From positions 720,001 through 752,000 of the forward strand of contig NC_009664.2 of the NCBI RefSeq assembly GCF_000017305.1: a stretch of DNA of 32,000 nucleotides, given 5' to 3'. This DNA comes from Kineococcus radiotolerans SRS30216 = ATCC BAA-149 (GTDB lineage: Bacteria > Actinomycetota > Actinomycetes > Actinomycetales > Kineococcaceae). The notes below the pieces were generated by a model that saw only the letters and a list, made by a program, of their open reading frames with translations, was not told the origin of the DNA and searched no databases. The translations under genes and the position numbers were made by a program. This document shows, piece after piece, positions 7,906-17,787 of this stretch (the first letter of the stretch is position 1; every line of letters begins with the position of its first letter).

Positions 7906-8493
7906 TCACGGCCGCAGCAGCTTCGCGCCGGCGACGACGTAGGCCCAGGCGCTCCAGAGGGTCAGGACCACGGCGACGCCCATGACGGCCAGGCACAGCG
8001 GGTCCAGGGCGGCCGGCAGCGGGACGACGAAGAGCCCGACGGCGACGGTCTGCACCACCGTCTTGATCTTTCCGCCCTTGGCGGCGGGGATGACGCCGCG
8101 GCGGATGACCATGAACCGCAGCAGGGTCACCAGCAGCTCGCGGACCAGGATGACGACCGTCATCCACCACCACAGCCGGCCCTGCAGCGAGAGCACGACG
8201 AGACCAGCCCCGATGAGGGCCTTGTCCGCGATCGGGTCGGCGATCTTGCCGAAGTCGCTGACGACCTGCCAGCGGCGCGCCAGGTGCCCGTCGTAGCGGT
8301 CGGTGATGCTGGCGGCGACGAAGACGGCCGCGGCCGCGGCGCGCCACCGCCAGTTCGTGCCGCCGTCCATCGCGAGGAACCACACGAAGACGGGGACGAA
8401 GACGATCCGCAGGACGGTCAGCGCGTTCGGCAGGTGCAGCTTGTGCCACCCCTGCGTCGTCCCGACCTGCCCCTCGGCGCTCGTCCTGCTCAT
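7906..8493 (-). CDS. pgsA: CDP-diacylglycerol--glycerol-3-phosphate 3-phosphatidyltransferase
   Basis: 195 aa from ATG 8491-8493. N-terminal LPNALTVLRI. CDP-alcohol phosphotransferase motif DRYDGHLARRWQVVSDFGKIADPIADK. Multiple hydrophobic helices. The stop of rimO lies 2 nt upstream. Confidence 0.9.
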   Translation of the reverse strand: MSRTSAEGQVGTTQGWHKLHLPNALTVLRIVFVPVFVWFLAMDGGTNWRWRAAAAAVFVAASITDRYDGHLARRWQVVSDFGKIADPIADKALIGAGLVVLSLQGRLWWWMTVVILVRELLVTLLRFMVIRRGVIPAAKGGKIKTVVQTVAVGLFVVPLPAALDPLCLAVMGVAVVLTLWSAWAYVVAGAKLLRP

Positions 8494-8495
8494 GC

Positions 8496-9956
8496 TCAGA
8501 CCGTAGCCCTCACCAGCGGTTCCGCCAGCAGGTCCGCCCCCGCGACCCCGGTGACGCGCGCGGTGACGAGGTCGCCGACGTGCACGACGAACCCCGCGGG
8601 CAGGTCCAGCTCGGTCTCGCCGTCGACGTCGGGCCCCTGGTGGGCGGCGCGGCCCACGACGTGGGGGTCGCCGTCCTCGTCCACGACGCTCTCCACGAGC
8701 ACCTCGACGACCTCGCCGAGACGTTCCTCGGCGCGCTGGGTGACGAGTTCCTCGACCAGGCGGGTCACCCGGTCCACGCGGGCGGCGACGACCTCGTCGG
8801 GCAGCTTCCCGTCCAGCGTCTCGGCCTCGGTGCCGTCCTCGTCGGAGTAGCCGAAGACCCCCACGACGTCGAGGCGGGCGCGTTCGAGGAAGGAGCACAG
8901 CTCGTCGACGTCGGCCTCGGTCTCGCCGGGGAAGCCGACGATGACGTTGGAGCGGATGCCGGCCTGCGGGTGGCGCTCGCGGACCTGCTCGAGCAGGGCC
9001 AGGAACGGCTCGGTGCCGCCGAAGCGGCGCATGCGGCGCAGCACGGCGGGGCTGGAGTGCTGGAAGGAGAGGTCGAAGTAGGGCACGACCCCCGGGGTCG
9101 ACGTCAGGGCGTCGAGCAGACCGGGACGGACCTCGGCCGGCTGCAGGTAGGAGACCCGCACGCGCTCGATGCCCTCGACGGCGGCGACGTGCGGGAGCAG
9201 CGCCTCCAGGGCGCGCAGGTCGCCGAGGTCCTTGCCGTAGGAGGTGGTGTTCTCGCTGACGAGGAACACCTCCTTGACGCCCTGCTCGGCCAGCCACCGG
9301 GTCTCGGCCAGCACCTCCTCGGCGGGGCGGGAGACGAAGGAGCCGCGGAAGGCGGGGATGGCGCAGAAGGTGCAGCGCCGGTCGCAGCCGGCGGCGATCT
9401 TCACCGGGGCCCACGGGCCGGAGCCGAGGCGGCGGCGCACCACCCGGGGCCCGCTGGCCGGGGCGAGCCCCTCCGGCAGGTCGGGTTCGGCGATCACCGG
9501 GCGCGCGGCCTGGCGCTCGGCGGGGGCCAGCGGCAGCAGGGTGCGGCGGTCGCGCGGGACGTGCGACTGCGGCTTCTCGCCGTGCAGGATCGCCTCGAGG
9601 TGGCTGGACAGGTCGCCGTAGGAGTCGAACCCGAGGATGGCGTCGGCCTCGGGCAGCGACTCGGCGAGGTCCTTGCCGTAGCGCTCGGCCATGCAGCCGA
9701 CGGCGACCACGGCCTTCGTGCGCCCGGCCTCCTTGAGGTCGGCGGCGGCCAGGACGGTGTCGATGGAGTCCTTCTTGGCCTGCTCGACGAAGCCGCAGGT
9801 GTTGACGACCGCGACGTCGGCGCCGTCGGCGTCGTCGACCAGCGTCCAGCCGGCGTCGGCCAGGCGGCCGGCCAGCTCCTCGGAGTCGACGTCGTTGCGG
9901 GCGCAGCCGAGGGTGACGAGCGCGACGGAACGCGACGTTCCGGAGGTGGGGGGCAC
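8496..9956 (-). CDS. rimO: Ribosomal protein S12 (uS12) methylthiotransferase RimO (radical SAM, UPF0004 + TRAM domains)
   Basis: [18 protein letters not shown], radical-SAM [35 protein letters not shown], and [12 protein letters not shown] in the TRAM region resemble E. coli RimO rather than MiaB. GTG start 9954-9956 is supported by a TACCCT hexamer 6 nt upstream (leaderless). Upstream codons of the track ORF are Arg/Pro-rich junk. Confidence 0.87.
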   Translation of the reverse strand: MPPTSGTSRSVALVTLGCARNDVDSEELAGRLADAGWTLVDDADGADVAVVNTCGFVEQAKKDSIDTVLAAADLKEAGRTKAVVAVGCMAERYGKDLAESLPEADAILGFDSYGDLSSHLEAILHGEKPQSHVPRDRRTLLPLAPAERQAARPVIAEPDLPEGLAPASGPRVVRRRLGSGPWAPVKIAAGCDRRCTFCAIPAFRGSFVSRPAEEVLAETRWLAEQGVKEVFLVSENTTSYGKDLGDLRALEALLPHVAAVEGIERVRVSYLQPAEVRPGLLDALTSTPGVVPYFDLSFQHSSPAVLRRMRRFGGTEPFLALLEQVRERHPQAGIRSNVIVGFPGETEADVDELCSFLERARLDVVGVFGYSDEDGTEAETLDGKLPDEVVAARVDRVTRLVEELVTQRAEERLGEVVEVLVESVVDEDGDPHVVGRAAHQGPDVDGETELDLPAGFVVHVGDLVTARVTGVAGADLLAEPLVRATV

Positions 9957-9962
9957 GTCACC

Positions 9963-9968
9963 AGGGTA
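9963..9968 (-). promoter_or_regulatory. -10-like hexamer TACCCT, 6 nt upstream of the rimO GTG (leaderless configuration)
   Basis: Minus strand reads TACCCT-ggtgac-GTG. There is no Shine-Dalgarno sequence in the 35-nt gap after the NYN gene stop. Confidence 0.45.
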
Positions 9969-9991
9969 CGTGCCGCGCGCGGCGGGGACGC

Positions 9992-10765
9992 TCAGCCGGT
10001 GCGGGCCTGCTGGCCCTGCGGGGCGGGGACGCGCCCCACCTCCCCCACCTCGGGGGGCTGGGCGCGCGGTCGGTCCTCGCCGGCGGGGGCGGGGGCCGGG
10101 GCCTCGACGGCGGGGACGGGGTGGGGGTGCTCCAGCGGGCCGGAGTCCTCCAGCAGCGCCCGCATGGGGCGGGTGGGGCGGAACCAGCCGCCGTCGGGGG
10201 GCAGGGCGGTGAGCCGGGTGCGCCCGAGGGAGACCTGGAACGCGCCGGGCACGTCCTCGAGGTCGACGAACTCGATGAGCGGGGACTCCTGGGCGTAGCC
10301 CGCGACCTCGGCGAAGGACAGCACGACGACGCGGACCCCGGCCCGGTGCAGCTCCTCCAGGGGGGCGAGGAAGTTGCGGCCGTCGCCGCTGGCGACGACG
10401 ACCCGCCGCAGCCGGTGGGAGGCGCGGCGGGAGGCGATGTGCTGCAGCATCGCGTCGTCGACGTCGTCCTCGGGGTGCACCTTGGGCCGGGCGAAGACGG
10501 CGTACCCGAAGCTGCGCAGCGCCTCGATCCAGCCGCGCAGCGAGACCGCGCTGGTGGGGTGCACGTTGGTGAACACGCAGCCCTCGACCTCGTGGTCGGC
10601 GGCCTCGGAGAGGAACCACCGCGCGATCGCGTCGAACCGGGGCCGGTCCGAGGACGCCGGCCGCGACCCCAGGATCGAGGACAGCGTCATGTCGATGTTG
10701 GGCGCGTCCCAGACCAGGAGGTCGAGGTCCCGCCGGGCCGGCTCGTGGGGGCGGGGCGAGTCCAT
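9992..10765 (-). CDS. NYN-domain (LabA/DUF88-like, PIN-like fold) predicted ribonuclease with a Pro/Ala-rich C-terminal tail
   Basis: [11 protein letters not shown]...RFDAIARWF...VFTNV...[17 protein letters not shown]...[11 protein letters not shown]...[11 protein letters not shown] fits the NYN/LabA pattern (acidic residues in D-PN-D, DD-D, SGDG). Start is ATG 10763-10765 (TAACTT hexamer 7 nt upstream) or in-frame GTG at 10771. Confidence 0.65.
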   Translation of the reverse strand: MDSPRPHEPARRDLDLLVWDAPNIDMTLSSILGSRPASSDRPRFDAIARWFLSEAADHEVEGCVFTNVHPTSAVSLRGWIEALRSFGYAVFARPKVHPEDDVDDAMLQHIASRRASHRLRRVVVASGDGRNFLAPLEELHRAGVRVVVLSFAEVAGYAQESPLIEFVDLEDVPGAFQVSLGRTRLTALPPDGGWFRPTRPMRALLEDSGPLEHPHPVPAVEAPAPAPAGEDRPRAQPPEVGEVGRVPAPQGQQARTG

Positions 10766-10772
10766 GACCACA

Positions 10773-10778
10773 AAGTTA
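10773..10778 (-). promoter_or_regulatory. -10-like hexamer TAACTT, 7 nt upstream of the NYN-gene ATG (leaderless configuration)
   Basis: Minus strand reads gtgTAACTT-tgtggtc-ATG, in an unusually A/T-containing 58-nt gap after ftsK. Confidence 0.4.
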
Positions 10779-10829
10779 CACGGAGAGTCACCGGTTTGCG
10801 ACGCCCCGCTCGCTCTGCGTGACGTGTCG

Positions 10830-13628
10830 TCAGCGGCGGTCGAGCAGCTCCCAGGCGTCCTCGTCCCCGCCGTCGGGTTCGACGACCTCGAGGTCGCCGA
10901 CGGCGTCCGGCCCCGGCAGCCGCGGCGGCTCGTCCCCGCGCATCAGCGCCAGCGTCCCGGGCAGGTCCTCGGGGCGCACCAGCACGTCGCGCGCCTTCGA
11001 GCCCTCGCTCGGGCCCACGACCCCGCGCGACTCCAGCAGGTCCATCAGCCGCCCGGCCTTGGCGAACCCGACCCGCAGCTTGCGCTGCAGCATCGACGTC
11101 GACCCGAACTGGGTGGTCACCACGAGCTCGGTGGCCTGCAGCAGCACGTCGAGGTCGTCGCCGATCTCCTCGTCGACCTGCTTCTTCTGCGCCGAGACCA
11201 CCACGTCGTCGCGGTAGGTCGGCTGCAGCTGCGACTTCACGTGGCTGACGACGGCCTCGATCTCGCTCTCGGTGACCCACGCCCCCTGCACGCGCATGGG
11301 CTTGGAGACCCCCATGGGCAGGAACAGCGCGTCGCCCTGGCCCACGAGCTTCTCCGCGCCCGGCTGGTCGAGGACGACGCGGGAGTCGGCCAGCGAGCTC
11401 GTCGCGAAGGCCAGCCGGGAGGGGACGTTGGCCTTGATGAGACCGGTGACGACGTCGACCGAGGGCCGCTGCGTCGCCAGCACCAGGTGGATGCCGGCGG
11501 CGCGGGCGAGCTGGGTGATCCGCTGGATCGAGGCCTCGACGTCGCGGGGGGCGACCATCATGAGGTCGGCGAGCTCGTCGACGATGACCAGCAGGTACGG
11601 GTAGGGCTGCAGCACGCGCTGCGAGCCCTCCGGCGGGTGGACCTTGCCCGCCCGCACCGCCCGGTTGAAGTCGTCGAGGTGCTTGAAGCCGAACTGCGCG
11701 AGGTCGTCGTAGCGCAGGTCCATCTCCCGCACCACCCACTCCAGGGCCTCGGCGGCCTTCTTGGGGTTGGTGATGATCGGGGTGATGAGGTGCGGGATGC
11801 CCTCGTAGATCGTCAGCTCCACCCGCTTGGGGTCGACGAGCACCATGCGGACCTCGTCGGGCGTGGCCCGCATGAGGATCGAGGTGATCATCGAGTTCAC
11901 GAAGCTGGACTTGCCCGCGCCGGTGGCGCCCGCGACGAGCAGGTGCGGCATCTTGGCGAGGTTGGCGATGACGAAGCCGCCCTCGACGTCCTTGCCGACG
12001 CCCATGACCATCGGGTGCTCGGTGCGGGTCGCGACCTGGCTGCGCAGCACGTCGCCCAGCGAGACCGTCTCGCGGTCGGTGTTGGGGATCTCGATGCCGA
12101 TCGCGGACTTGCCCGGGATCGGGGACAGGATCCGCACGTCGGCGCTGGCCACCGCGTAGGCGATGTTCTTGGACAGCTGGGTGACGCGCTCGACCTTGGT
12201 GCCCGGCCCCAGCTCCACCTCGTAGCGCGTCACCGTCGGGCCGCGGGAGAACCCCGTCACCCGGGCGTCGATGTCGAACTGCTCCAGGACCCCGGACAGC
12301 GCCTCGACGACCCGGTCGTTGGCCGCGCTGCGCTCCTTCGGCGGGGTGCCCGGGGTGAGGGCGGAGGGTTCGGGCAGCGTGTAGGTGACGTCCCCGGCCA
12401 GGGCCAGCTGCTCGATGCGCGGGGGCATCGGGGTGTGCGGCGGGGCGGGCAGGTCCTTGGGCTTGGTCGCCGGGACGCTCGCGGCGTCGACCGCGGGCCG
12501 CTCCGGGGCGGGTTCGGGCCCGTCGTCCGCGGCGGGCAGGTCGGCGGGCAGCGCGCGGCGCGCGCCCGGGCGCGGCTTCGGCGCGGGCTCCTCCCCCGCC
12601 TCGGCCGCCGCCCGCAGCTCGGCCTCGGTGATCGCGGCCCGGTCGAACGCCTCGTCGCCGACGCGCGCCTCGTCGCGGCCGCGACGCCGCTTCGGCTTCT
12701 CCGCGGCCTCGGCCCCGGGCTCGATCGCGCGGGCCGCGCGCTGGCGGGCGAGCGCCGTGGCCGGGAGGTCCTTGCGCGCCTGCCGCTGGGCCTCGCGCTC
12801 GGCCTCGCGCTGGGGGTGGTGGGTGAGCCGCTCGTAGGCCTCGTGCACCCGGGCGGGGATGGCGTGCACGGGCGTCGCGGTGAGGACCAGGACCCCGAAG
12901 AAGCCGAGGAGGACGAGGATCGGGACCATCACCCACGGGGTCAGGGCGGTGGTCAGCGGCCCGGCGACGAGGAACCCCAGCATGCCGCCGGCGTCGGTGA
13001 CGACGCTGGCGCCCCCGGGTCCGGTGGGCGAGGGGGCGCCGGTCGCGAGGTGGACCAGCCCGGCCGCGGACAGCGTCAGGGCGATGGACCCCACGACGGC
13101 CCGGGTCGTGGTCTGGGTGTGGTCGGGGTGGCGCAGCAGGTGGACGGCGAGGCCGACGAGGACGACGGGCAGGGCCAGCGCGACCTCGCCGAAGGTGCCG
13201 GCGGCCACGGTGTGGATGACCGCGCCGGCCCGGCCGGGCAGCCCCCACCACTCCCGGGCGGCGACGACGATGGCCAGCGCCAGCAGCGCGAAGCCGGCGC
13301 CGTCGCGGCGCAGCTCCGGGTCGAGGTCGCGGGCGCCGTCGCCGACGCGGCGGGCGGTGCCCCCGACGAGGTGCGCGCAGCCCATCCAGACCGCCGTGAC
13401 GGCGCGGACCGGCCAGGACGGACCGGTGGGGGCGGGACGCTTCGCCGCGGTCCGGGCGGTGGTCCTCGCCGGGGTCCGGCCGGCCGCCGGCCGGGAACCG
13501 CCGCTGCGCGCGGGGGTCTTCGCGGCCGCCTTCGAGCCCGCCTTCGTGCCGCTCCGGGATCCGCCGCTCGTCACCTTGGTGGAACCTCCCCTACCGCTGG
13601 TCGTGCGCGCGTTCGTCGGGGAGGCCAT
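10830..13628 (-). CDS. ftsK: DNA translocase FtsK (932 aa)
   Basis: Basic Ser/Thr/Arg/Lys-rich N-terminus, four to five TM helices, and a Pro/Ala/Glu linker. Motor domain has Walker A GATGAGKS and Walker [13 protein letters not shown]-terminal gamma winged helix is [39 protein letters not shown] 13626-13628 has a TACCGT hexamer 6 nt upstream. Confidence 0.95.
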   Translation of the reverse strand: MASPTNARTTSGRGGSTKVTSGGSRSGTKAGSKAAAKTPARSGGSRPAAGRTPARTTARTAAKRPAPTGPSWPVRAVTAVWMGCAHLVGGTARRVGDGARDLDPELRRDGAGFALLALAIVVAAREWWGLPGRAGAVIHTVAAGTFGEVALALPVVLVGLAVHLLRHPDHTQTTTRAVVGSIALTLSAAGLVHLATGAPSPTGPGGASVVTDAGGMLGFLVAGPLTTALTPWVMVPILVLLGFFGVLVLTATPVHAIPARVHEAYERLTHHPQREAEREAQRQARKDLPATALARQRAARAIEPGAEAAEKPKRRRGRDEARVGDEAFDRAAITEAELRAAAEAGEEPAPKPRPGARRALPADLPAADDGPEPAPERPAVDAASVPATKPKDLPAPPHTPMPPRIEQLALAGDVTYTLPEPSALTPGTPPKERSAANDRVVEALSGVLEQFDIDARVTGFSRGPTVTRYEVELGPGTKVERVTQLSKNIAYAVASADVRILSPIPGKSAIGIEIPNTDRETVSLGDVLRSQVATRTEHPMVMGVGKDVEGGFVIANLAKMPHLLVAGATGAGKSSFVNSMITSILMRATPDEVRMVLVDPKRVELTIYEGIPHLITPIITNPKKAAEALEWVVREMDLRYDDLAQFGFKHLDDFNRAVRAGKVHPPEGSQRVLQPYPYLLVIVDELADLMMVAPRDVEASIQRITQLARAAGIHLVLATQRPSVDVVTGLIKANVPSRLAFATSSLADSRVVLDQPGAEKLVGQGDALFLPMGVSKPMRVQGAWVTESEIEAVVSHVKSQLQPTYRDDVVVSAQKKQVDEEIGDDLDVLLQATELVVTTQFGSTSMLQRKLRVGFAKAGRLMDLLESRGVVGPSEGSKARDVLVRPEDLPGTLALMRGDEPPRLPGPDAVGDLEVVEPDGGDEDAWELLDRR

Positions 13629-13634
13629 GCGGTC

Positions 13635-13640
13635 ACGGTA
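13635..13640 (-). promoter_or_regulatory. -10-like hexamer TACCGT, 6 nt upstream of the ftsK ATG (leaderless configuration)
   Basis: Minus strand reads ggTACCGT-gaccgc-ATG. No Shine-Dalgarno sequence. Confidence 0.45.
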
Positions 13641-13772
13641 CCGATCGCACGGTCGTCCAGCCCGCGACGGGCGCGACTGCTCCGACCGGGCGAGCGCCCA
13701 GCCGGTCCTCAGCGTGCCCCGGCCCCCGCGCCGACCCGGGCCGACACGCCGCGCACCCGACACACTGGCCCC

Positions 13773-14909
13773 GTGACGACCCTCCTCGAGAACCCCACCA
13801 CCGGCCGCGTCGCCGGGGTCGACCTGGCCCGGGCGGTGGCGATCGTGGGGATGGTGGCGATCCACGTGCTGCCCGGGGAGGAGGCGCCCGGAGCCGGCGG
13901 GGTGCTCTACGGCGTGGCCCACGGGCGGGCGTCGGGGCTGTTCGCCGTCCTCGCCGGACTGTCGCTGGGGCTGGCGACCCGCCGCGCGGGCGGGCAGCGG
14001 GCCGCCGCGCGCGCCTCGGTCGTGGTCCGGGGCCTGCTCGTCGCCCTGGTCGGGCTGGTCCTGGTCGACGCCGGCAGCCGGATCGCGATCGTCCTCGCCT
14101 ACTACGGGGTGGCGTTCCTGGTGGTGCTGCCGTTCCTGTGGTGGCCGCTGCGCCGGCTCGCGCTGCTGGCCGGGGGGTGGCTCGCGCTGGCGCCCCTGGT
14201 CTCGTTCGGCCTGCGGCGCACGTACGCCCTGCCCCCGCAGCTCGAGCAGCCGACGCTGGAGTGGCTGGCGCGGCCGGGCGACCTGATCGAGGCGCTGGTC
14301 CTCACGGGGTACTACCCGGTCATCGGCTGGGCCGGTTACCTGCTGCTCGGCCTGGCGGTCTCGAAGGTGGACCTGCGCAGCACCACCACCGCGGTGCGCG
14401 TCCTCGGGGCGGGGGCGGTGACCGCGGCGGCGGCCTGGACGGTCAGCGCCCTGCTGCTGGGCCCGTTCGGCGGGGCGGACGCGCTGGCCCGGCGCCACGG
14501 CCCGTCCGTCCTGGAGCGCCAGGAGCACTACGGCACCGTCCCGACGGACTCGGGGTGGTGGCTGGCCGTGGCGGGCCCGCACTCGGGGACCCCCTTCGAC
14601 CTGCTGCACACCGCGGGGACGGCGCTCGCGGTGATCGGGGCGGCGTGCCTGCTGCCCGCGGCGCTCACCCGGTTCCTGCGCCCGGTCGCGGCGTTCGGCA
14701 GCATGCCGCTGACGATGTACACCGCCCACGTGCTCGCGCTGGCCGCGTGGCCGGAGGACGACCTGTCGGTGCTGGCGCTGCACGTGGGCGTCGGGGTCCT
14801 CCTCGCCACCGGGTGGCGGGCGGTCGTCGGCCGGGGGCCGCTGGAGACGGTCGTCGGGGCCGCCGCCCGGGCGGTCGCGGCGCCGCTCGCGCGGACCCCG
14901 GCCCGCTGA
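13773..14909 (+). CDS. Polytopic membrane protein, DUF1624/DUF418 (heparan-alpha-glucosaminide N-acetyltransferase-like acyltransferase_3) family
   Basis: 378 aa from GTG 13773. [17 protein letters not shown] start, then about 9-10 hydrophobic segments and YYP(V/I)-GWAGY. CACACT lies 6 nt upstream of the GTG. The upstream 1100 codons of the track ORF are antisense to ftsK and spurious. Confidence 0.7.
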   Translation: MTTLLENPTTGRVAGVDLARAVAIVGMVAIHVLPGEEAPGAGGVLYGVAHGRASGLFAVLAGLSLGLATRRAGGQRAAARASVVVRGLLVALVGLVLVDAGSRIAIVLAYYGVAFLVVLPFLWWPLRRLALLAGGWLALAPLVSFGLRRTYALPPQLEQPTLEWLARPGDLIEALVLTGYYPVIGWAGYLLLGLAVSKVDLRSTTTAVRVLGAGAVTAAAAWTVSALLLGPFGGADALARRHGPSVLERQEHYGTVPTDSGWWLAVAGPHSGTPFDLLHTAGTALAVIGAACLLPAALTRFLRPVAAFGSMPLTMYTAHVLALAAWPEDDLSVLALHVGVGVLLATGWRAVVGRGPLETVVGAAARAVAAPLARTPAR

Positions 14910-14923
14910 CGGGGACCCACCGC

Positions 14924-14966
14924 CCCGGCCGCCACCCGGCCGAAGGGCGGCCGGGTGGTGGCCGGG
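14924..14966. terminator. Very strong hairpin between the convergent membrane-protein gene and rnj (bidirectional terminator candidate)
   Basis: cccggccgccacccggccg (14924-14942) / loop aaggg / cggccgggtggtggccggg (14948-14966). The stem is 19 bp (18 Watson-Crick pairs plus 1 G-U). The right arm is also part of a tandem ggccgggtggt x2 (14949-14969), which permits alternative pairings. Confidence 0.55.
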
Positions 14967-14977
14967 TGGAGGAGGAG

Positions 14978-16663
14978 TCAGGCGGTGACGACGACCGGCA
15001 CGATCATCGGCCGGCGGCGGTGGGCCTGCGCCACCCAGGTGCCGACCGTGCGCCGCACGATCTGCTGCAGCTGGTGGGTGTCCACCGGCCCGGTCGAGGC
15101 CTCGTTGAGGGCCTTCTCGACGCGGCTCTTGACGGCGGTGAACCGGTCGTCGCCGTCGCCGATGAAGCCGCGGGCGTTGAACTCCGGCCCGGAGACGACC
15201 TTCCCGGTCACGGAGTCGACGGCGACGAAGATGGAGATGAAGCCCTCCTCGCCGAGGATGCGGCGGTCCTTGAGGTCGGCCTCGGTGATCTCGCCGACGC
15301 TGGAGCCGTCGACGTAGACGTAGCCCACGGGGACGGTCCCGACGATGCCGGCCTTCCCGTCCACGAGGTCCACGACGACGCCGTCCTCGGCGATGACGAC
15401 GCGCTCGCGCGGGACGCCGGTCTTCACGGCGAGCTCGGCGTTGGCCAGCAGGTGGCGGTACTCCCCGTGCACGGGCATGACGTTGCGCGGCTTGAGGATG
15501 TTGTAGCAGTAGAGCAGCTCCCCGGCGCTGGCGTGGCCGGAGACGTGGATCTTCGCGCTCTGCTGGTGCACGACCGCCGCGCCGAGGCGGGCGAGGCCGT
15601 TGACGACGCGGTACACCGAGTTCTCGTTGCCCGGGATGAGGGAGCTGGCGAGGATGACGGTGTCGCCGGCGTCGATGGCGATGCGGTGGTCGCGGTTCGC
15701 CATCCGCGACAGCGCCGCCATCGGCTCGCCCTGGGAGCCGGTGCACATGAGCACGACGCGGTCGTCGGGCAGGTCGTCGACCTGCTTGAGGTCGATGAGG
15801 AGGTTCTTCGGCACCTGCAGGTAGCCCAGGTCGGCGGCGATGCCCATGTTGCGCACCATGGACCGGCCCACCAGCGCGACCTTGCGGCCGTGGGCGTCGG
15901 CGGCGTTGAGGACCTGCTGCACGCGGTGCACGTGGGAGGCGAAGGACGCGACGATGATGCGCTTCTCGGCGCGGCCGAAGAGCTGCTCCAGGACGGGGCC
16001 GATGTCGCGCTCGGGGGCGGTGAACCCCGGCACCTCGGCGTTGGTGGAGTCGACGCAGAACAGGTCCACGCCCTCGTCGCCCAGGCGCGCGAAGGCGTTG
16101 AGGTCGGTGATCCGGTCGTCCAGCGGCAGCTGGTCCATCTTGAAGTCGCCGGTGTGCAGGACGAGGCCGGCCCCGGTGCGGATCGCGACGGCGAGCGCGT
16201 CCGGGATGGAGTGGTTGACCGCGATGAACTCGCAGCTGAACGGGCCGAACTGCTCGGTCTGCCCCTCGCGCACGCTCAGGGTGTAGGGCTTGATGCGGTG
16301 CTCCTTCAGCTTGGCCTCGACGAGGGCGAGGGTCAGCTGGGAGCCGAGCAGGGGGATGTCCGCGCGGAGCTTCAACAGGTACGGGACGGCCCCGATGTGG
16401 TCCTCGTGCCCGTGCGTCAGCACGACCGCGACGATGTCGTCGAGGCGGTCGGCGATGGAGGAGAAGTCCGGCAGGATGAGGTCGACGCCGGGCTGGTGGT
16501 CCTCGGGGAAGAGGACGCCGCAGTCGACGACGAGCAGCTTCCCGTCGAACTCGAAGACCGTCATGTTGCGCCCGACCTCGCCGAGGCCGCCGAGGCCCAC
16601 GACGCGCAGGGCGCCGTCGGCCAACGGGGGCGGGCTCGACAACTCGGGGTGGGGGTGGCTCAC
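14978..16663 (-). CDS. rnj: Ribonuclease J (metallo-beta-lactamase / beta-CASP)
   Basis: 561 aa. [34 protein letters not shown] start is preceded by GAAGGAG (16668-16674). The dapA-rnj synteny is typical of actinobacteria. Confidence 0.95.
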   Translation of the reverse strand: MSHPHPELSSPPPLADGALRVVGLGGLGEVGRNMTVFEFDGKLLVVDCGVLFPEDHQPGVDLILPDFSSIADRLDDIVAVVLTHGHEDHIGAVPYLLKLRADIPLLGSQLTLALVEAKLKEHRIKPYTLSVREGQTEQFGPFSCEFIAVNHSIPDALAVAIRTGAGLVLHTGDFKMDQLPLDDRITDLNAFARLGDEGVDLFCVDSTNAEVPGFTAPERDIGPVLEQLFGRAEKRIIVASFASHVHRVQQVLNAADAHGRKVALVGRSMVRNMGIAADLGYLQVPKNLLIDLKQVDDLPDDRVVLMCTGSQGEPMAALSRMANRDHRIAIDAGDTVILASSLIPGNENSVYRVVNGLARLGAAVVHQQSAKIHVSGHASAGELLYCYNILKPRNVMPVHGEYRHLLANAELAVKTGVPRERVVIAEDGVVVDLVDGKAGIVGTVPVGYVYVDGSSVGEITEADLKDRRILGEEGFISIFVAVDSVTGKVVSGPEFNARGFIGDGDDRFTAVKSRVEKALNEASTGPVDTHQLQQIVRRTVGTWVAQAHRRRPMIVPVVVTA

Positions 16664-16711
16664 GTGGCTCCTTCTGCGGCCCGGGCGGCCGCGACCGTGG
16701 GGTGGGCTGGA

Positions 16712-17638
16712 TCAGGCGTCGAGGGGGGCCGGCGCGAGGCCGGCGAGGGCGAGGTCGGCGGCGAGCGCCGCGACCTCCTCCGGGGTGGCGGGCAGCAGCG
16801 GCGGCCGGACCGCGCGCCCGGACAGCACCCCGGTCAGCTCCAGGGCGGCCTTGACGGCCACGACGCCCTGGGTGCGGGTCATGATCCCGCGCACGGCGGG
16901 CAGCAGGCGGGTGTGGATCGCGCGGGCGGTGACGAGGTCGCCCGCGTCGACGGCGGCGACCATCGCGGCGTACTCGCGGCCGGCGACGTGGCTGACGACG
17001 GAGACGATGCCCGAGGCGCCCTGGGCGAGCAGGGGCAGGTTCACCGCGTCGTCGCCGGAGTAGTAGGCCAGCTCGGTGCGGGCCAGCACCCACGAGGTGC
17101 CCCAGGAGTCGCCCTTGGCGTCCTTCACCGCGACGATCCGCTCGTGCTCGGCGACGCGCACGAGGGTCTCGGTCTCGATCGGCACCCCGGAGCGGCCGGG
17201 GATGTCGTAGAGCATGACCGGCAGCCCGGTGCCGTCGGCGACGGTGGTGAAGTGGTGCGCCAGCGCCGCCTGCGGGGGCTTGTTGTAGTAGGGCGTGACG
17301 ACGAGCAGCCCGTGGGCGCCGGCCTTCTCCGCCGCGCGGGCCAGCTCCAGGGTGTGGGCGGTGTCGTTGGTGCCGACCCCGGCGAGCACGTGCACCCGGT
17401 CCCCCACGGCGTCGAGGACGGCGCGCAGCAGCCGGTCCTTCTCCTCGTCGGAGGTGGTGGGCGACTCCCCCGTCGTGCCGCTGACCACGAGGCCGTCGTG
17501 GCCGTGCTCGACGAGGTGGACGGCGAGGGCGGCGGCGGCGTCGAGGTCCACGGCCCCCGACGCGGTGAAGGGGGTCACCACCGCGGACAGCACCGTCCCG
17601 AAGGGGCGCAGGGGCTGTGCTGCGGTGGCGGTCGGCAT
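16712..17638 (-). CDS. dapA: 4-hydroxy-tetrahydrodipicolinate synthase
   Basis: 308 aa. [28 protein letters not shown], and active-site Lys in [13 protein letters not shown] 17636-17638 has TAACCT 6 nt upstream. Confidence 0.95.
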   Translation of the reverse strand: MPTATAAQPLRPFGTVLSAVVTPFTASGAVDLDAAAALAVHLVEHGHDGLVVSGTTGESPTTSDEEKDRLLRAVLDAVGDRVHVLAGVGTNDTAHTLELARAAEKAGAHGLLVVTPYYNKPPQAALAHHFTTVADGTGLPVMLYDIPGRSGVPIETETLVRVAEHERIVAVKDAKGDSWGTSWVLARTELAYYSGDDAVNLPLLAQGASGIVSVVSHVAGREYAAMVAAVDAGDLVTARAIHTRLLPAVRGIMTRTQGVVAVKAALELTGVLSGRAVRPPLLPATPEEVAALAADLALAGLAPAPLDA

Positions 17639-17644
17639 GAGGCG

Positions 17645-17650
17645 AGGTTA
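17645..17650 (-). promoter_or_regulatory. -10-like hexamer TAACCT, 6 nt upstream of the dapA ATG (leaderless configuration)
   Basis: Minus strand reads ggTAACCT-cgcctc-ATG. No Shine-Dalgarno sequence. Confidence 0.45.
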
Positions 17651-17704
17651 CCGCCGCGCGCCCCGCCGCCGGGCAGCGGAGGCGCCGTCGCGCGCCGCGG
17701 CGCG

Positions 17705-17733
17705 CGCGGGGCGGGTGCGGGGCGGGTGCGGCG
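17705..17733 (+). repeat. Tandem 11-mer gcggggcgggt (2.6 copies) forming a canonical G-quadruplex motif on the + strand
   Basis: GGGG(17707-10)-c-GGG(12-14)-tgc-GGGG(18-21)-c-GGG(23-25). Four G-runs of at least 3 with loops of 1, 3 and 1 nt, in the HAD-dapA intergenic region. Confidence 0.6.
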
Positions 17734-17741
17734 GACGTGCA

Positions 17742-17787
17742 GGGACCCGGTCGCTGCCCGCTCGGGGGTCCGGGCAGCGACCGGGTC
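17742..17787 (-). terminator. 18-bp perfect GC-rich hairpin downstream of the HAD gene and upstream of the dapA promoter
   Basis: ggacccggtcgctgcccg (17742-17759) / 10-nt loop ctcgggggtc / cgggcagcgaccgggtcc (17770-17787). All 18 pairs are Watson-Crick. It lies 77 nt after the HAD stop and about 90 nt upstream of the dapA -10. Confidence 0.5.

Noticed and set aside
10772-10829. Small RNA or tRNA in the relatively A/T-containing ftsK-NYN gap
   Set aside because: At 58 nt it is too short for a tRNA and has no cloverleaf-compatible stems. It is adequately explained as the promoter region (TAACTT -10) of the NYN gene.
10830-17093. 2087-aa minus-strand ORF and 2248-aa plus-strand ORF (14138-20884), 1511-aa ORF (10374-14909), 952-aa ORF (23470-26328), 878-aa ORF (20395-23031), 707-aa ORF (8496-10619)
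   Set aside because: Each is a real gene (ftsK, the DUF1624 membrane protein, fdhA, rimO) fused in the track to a long upstream stop-free stretch, or is fully antisense to well-supported genes (rnj, dapA, GH65). The extra parts are Arg/Pro/Gly-rich and motif-free. Starts were instead set from conserved N-termini, Shine-Dalgarno sequences or -10 hexamers.
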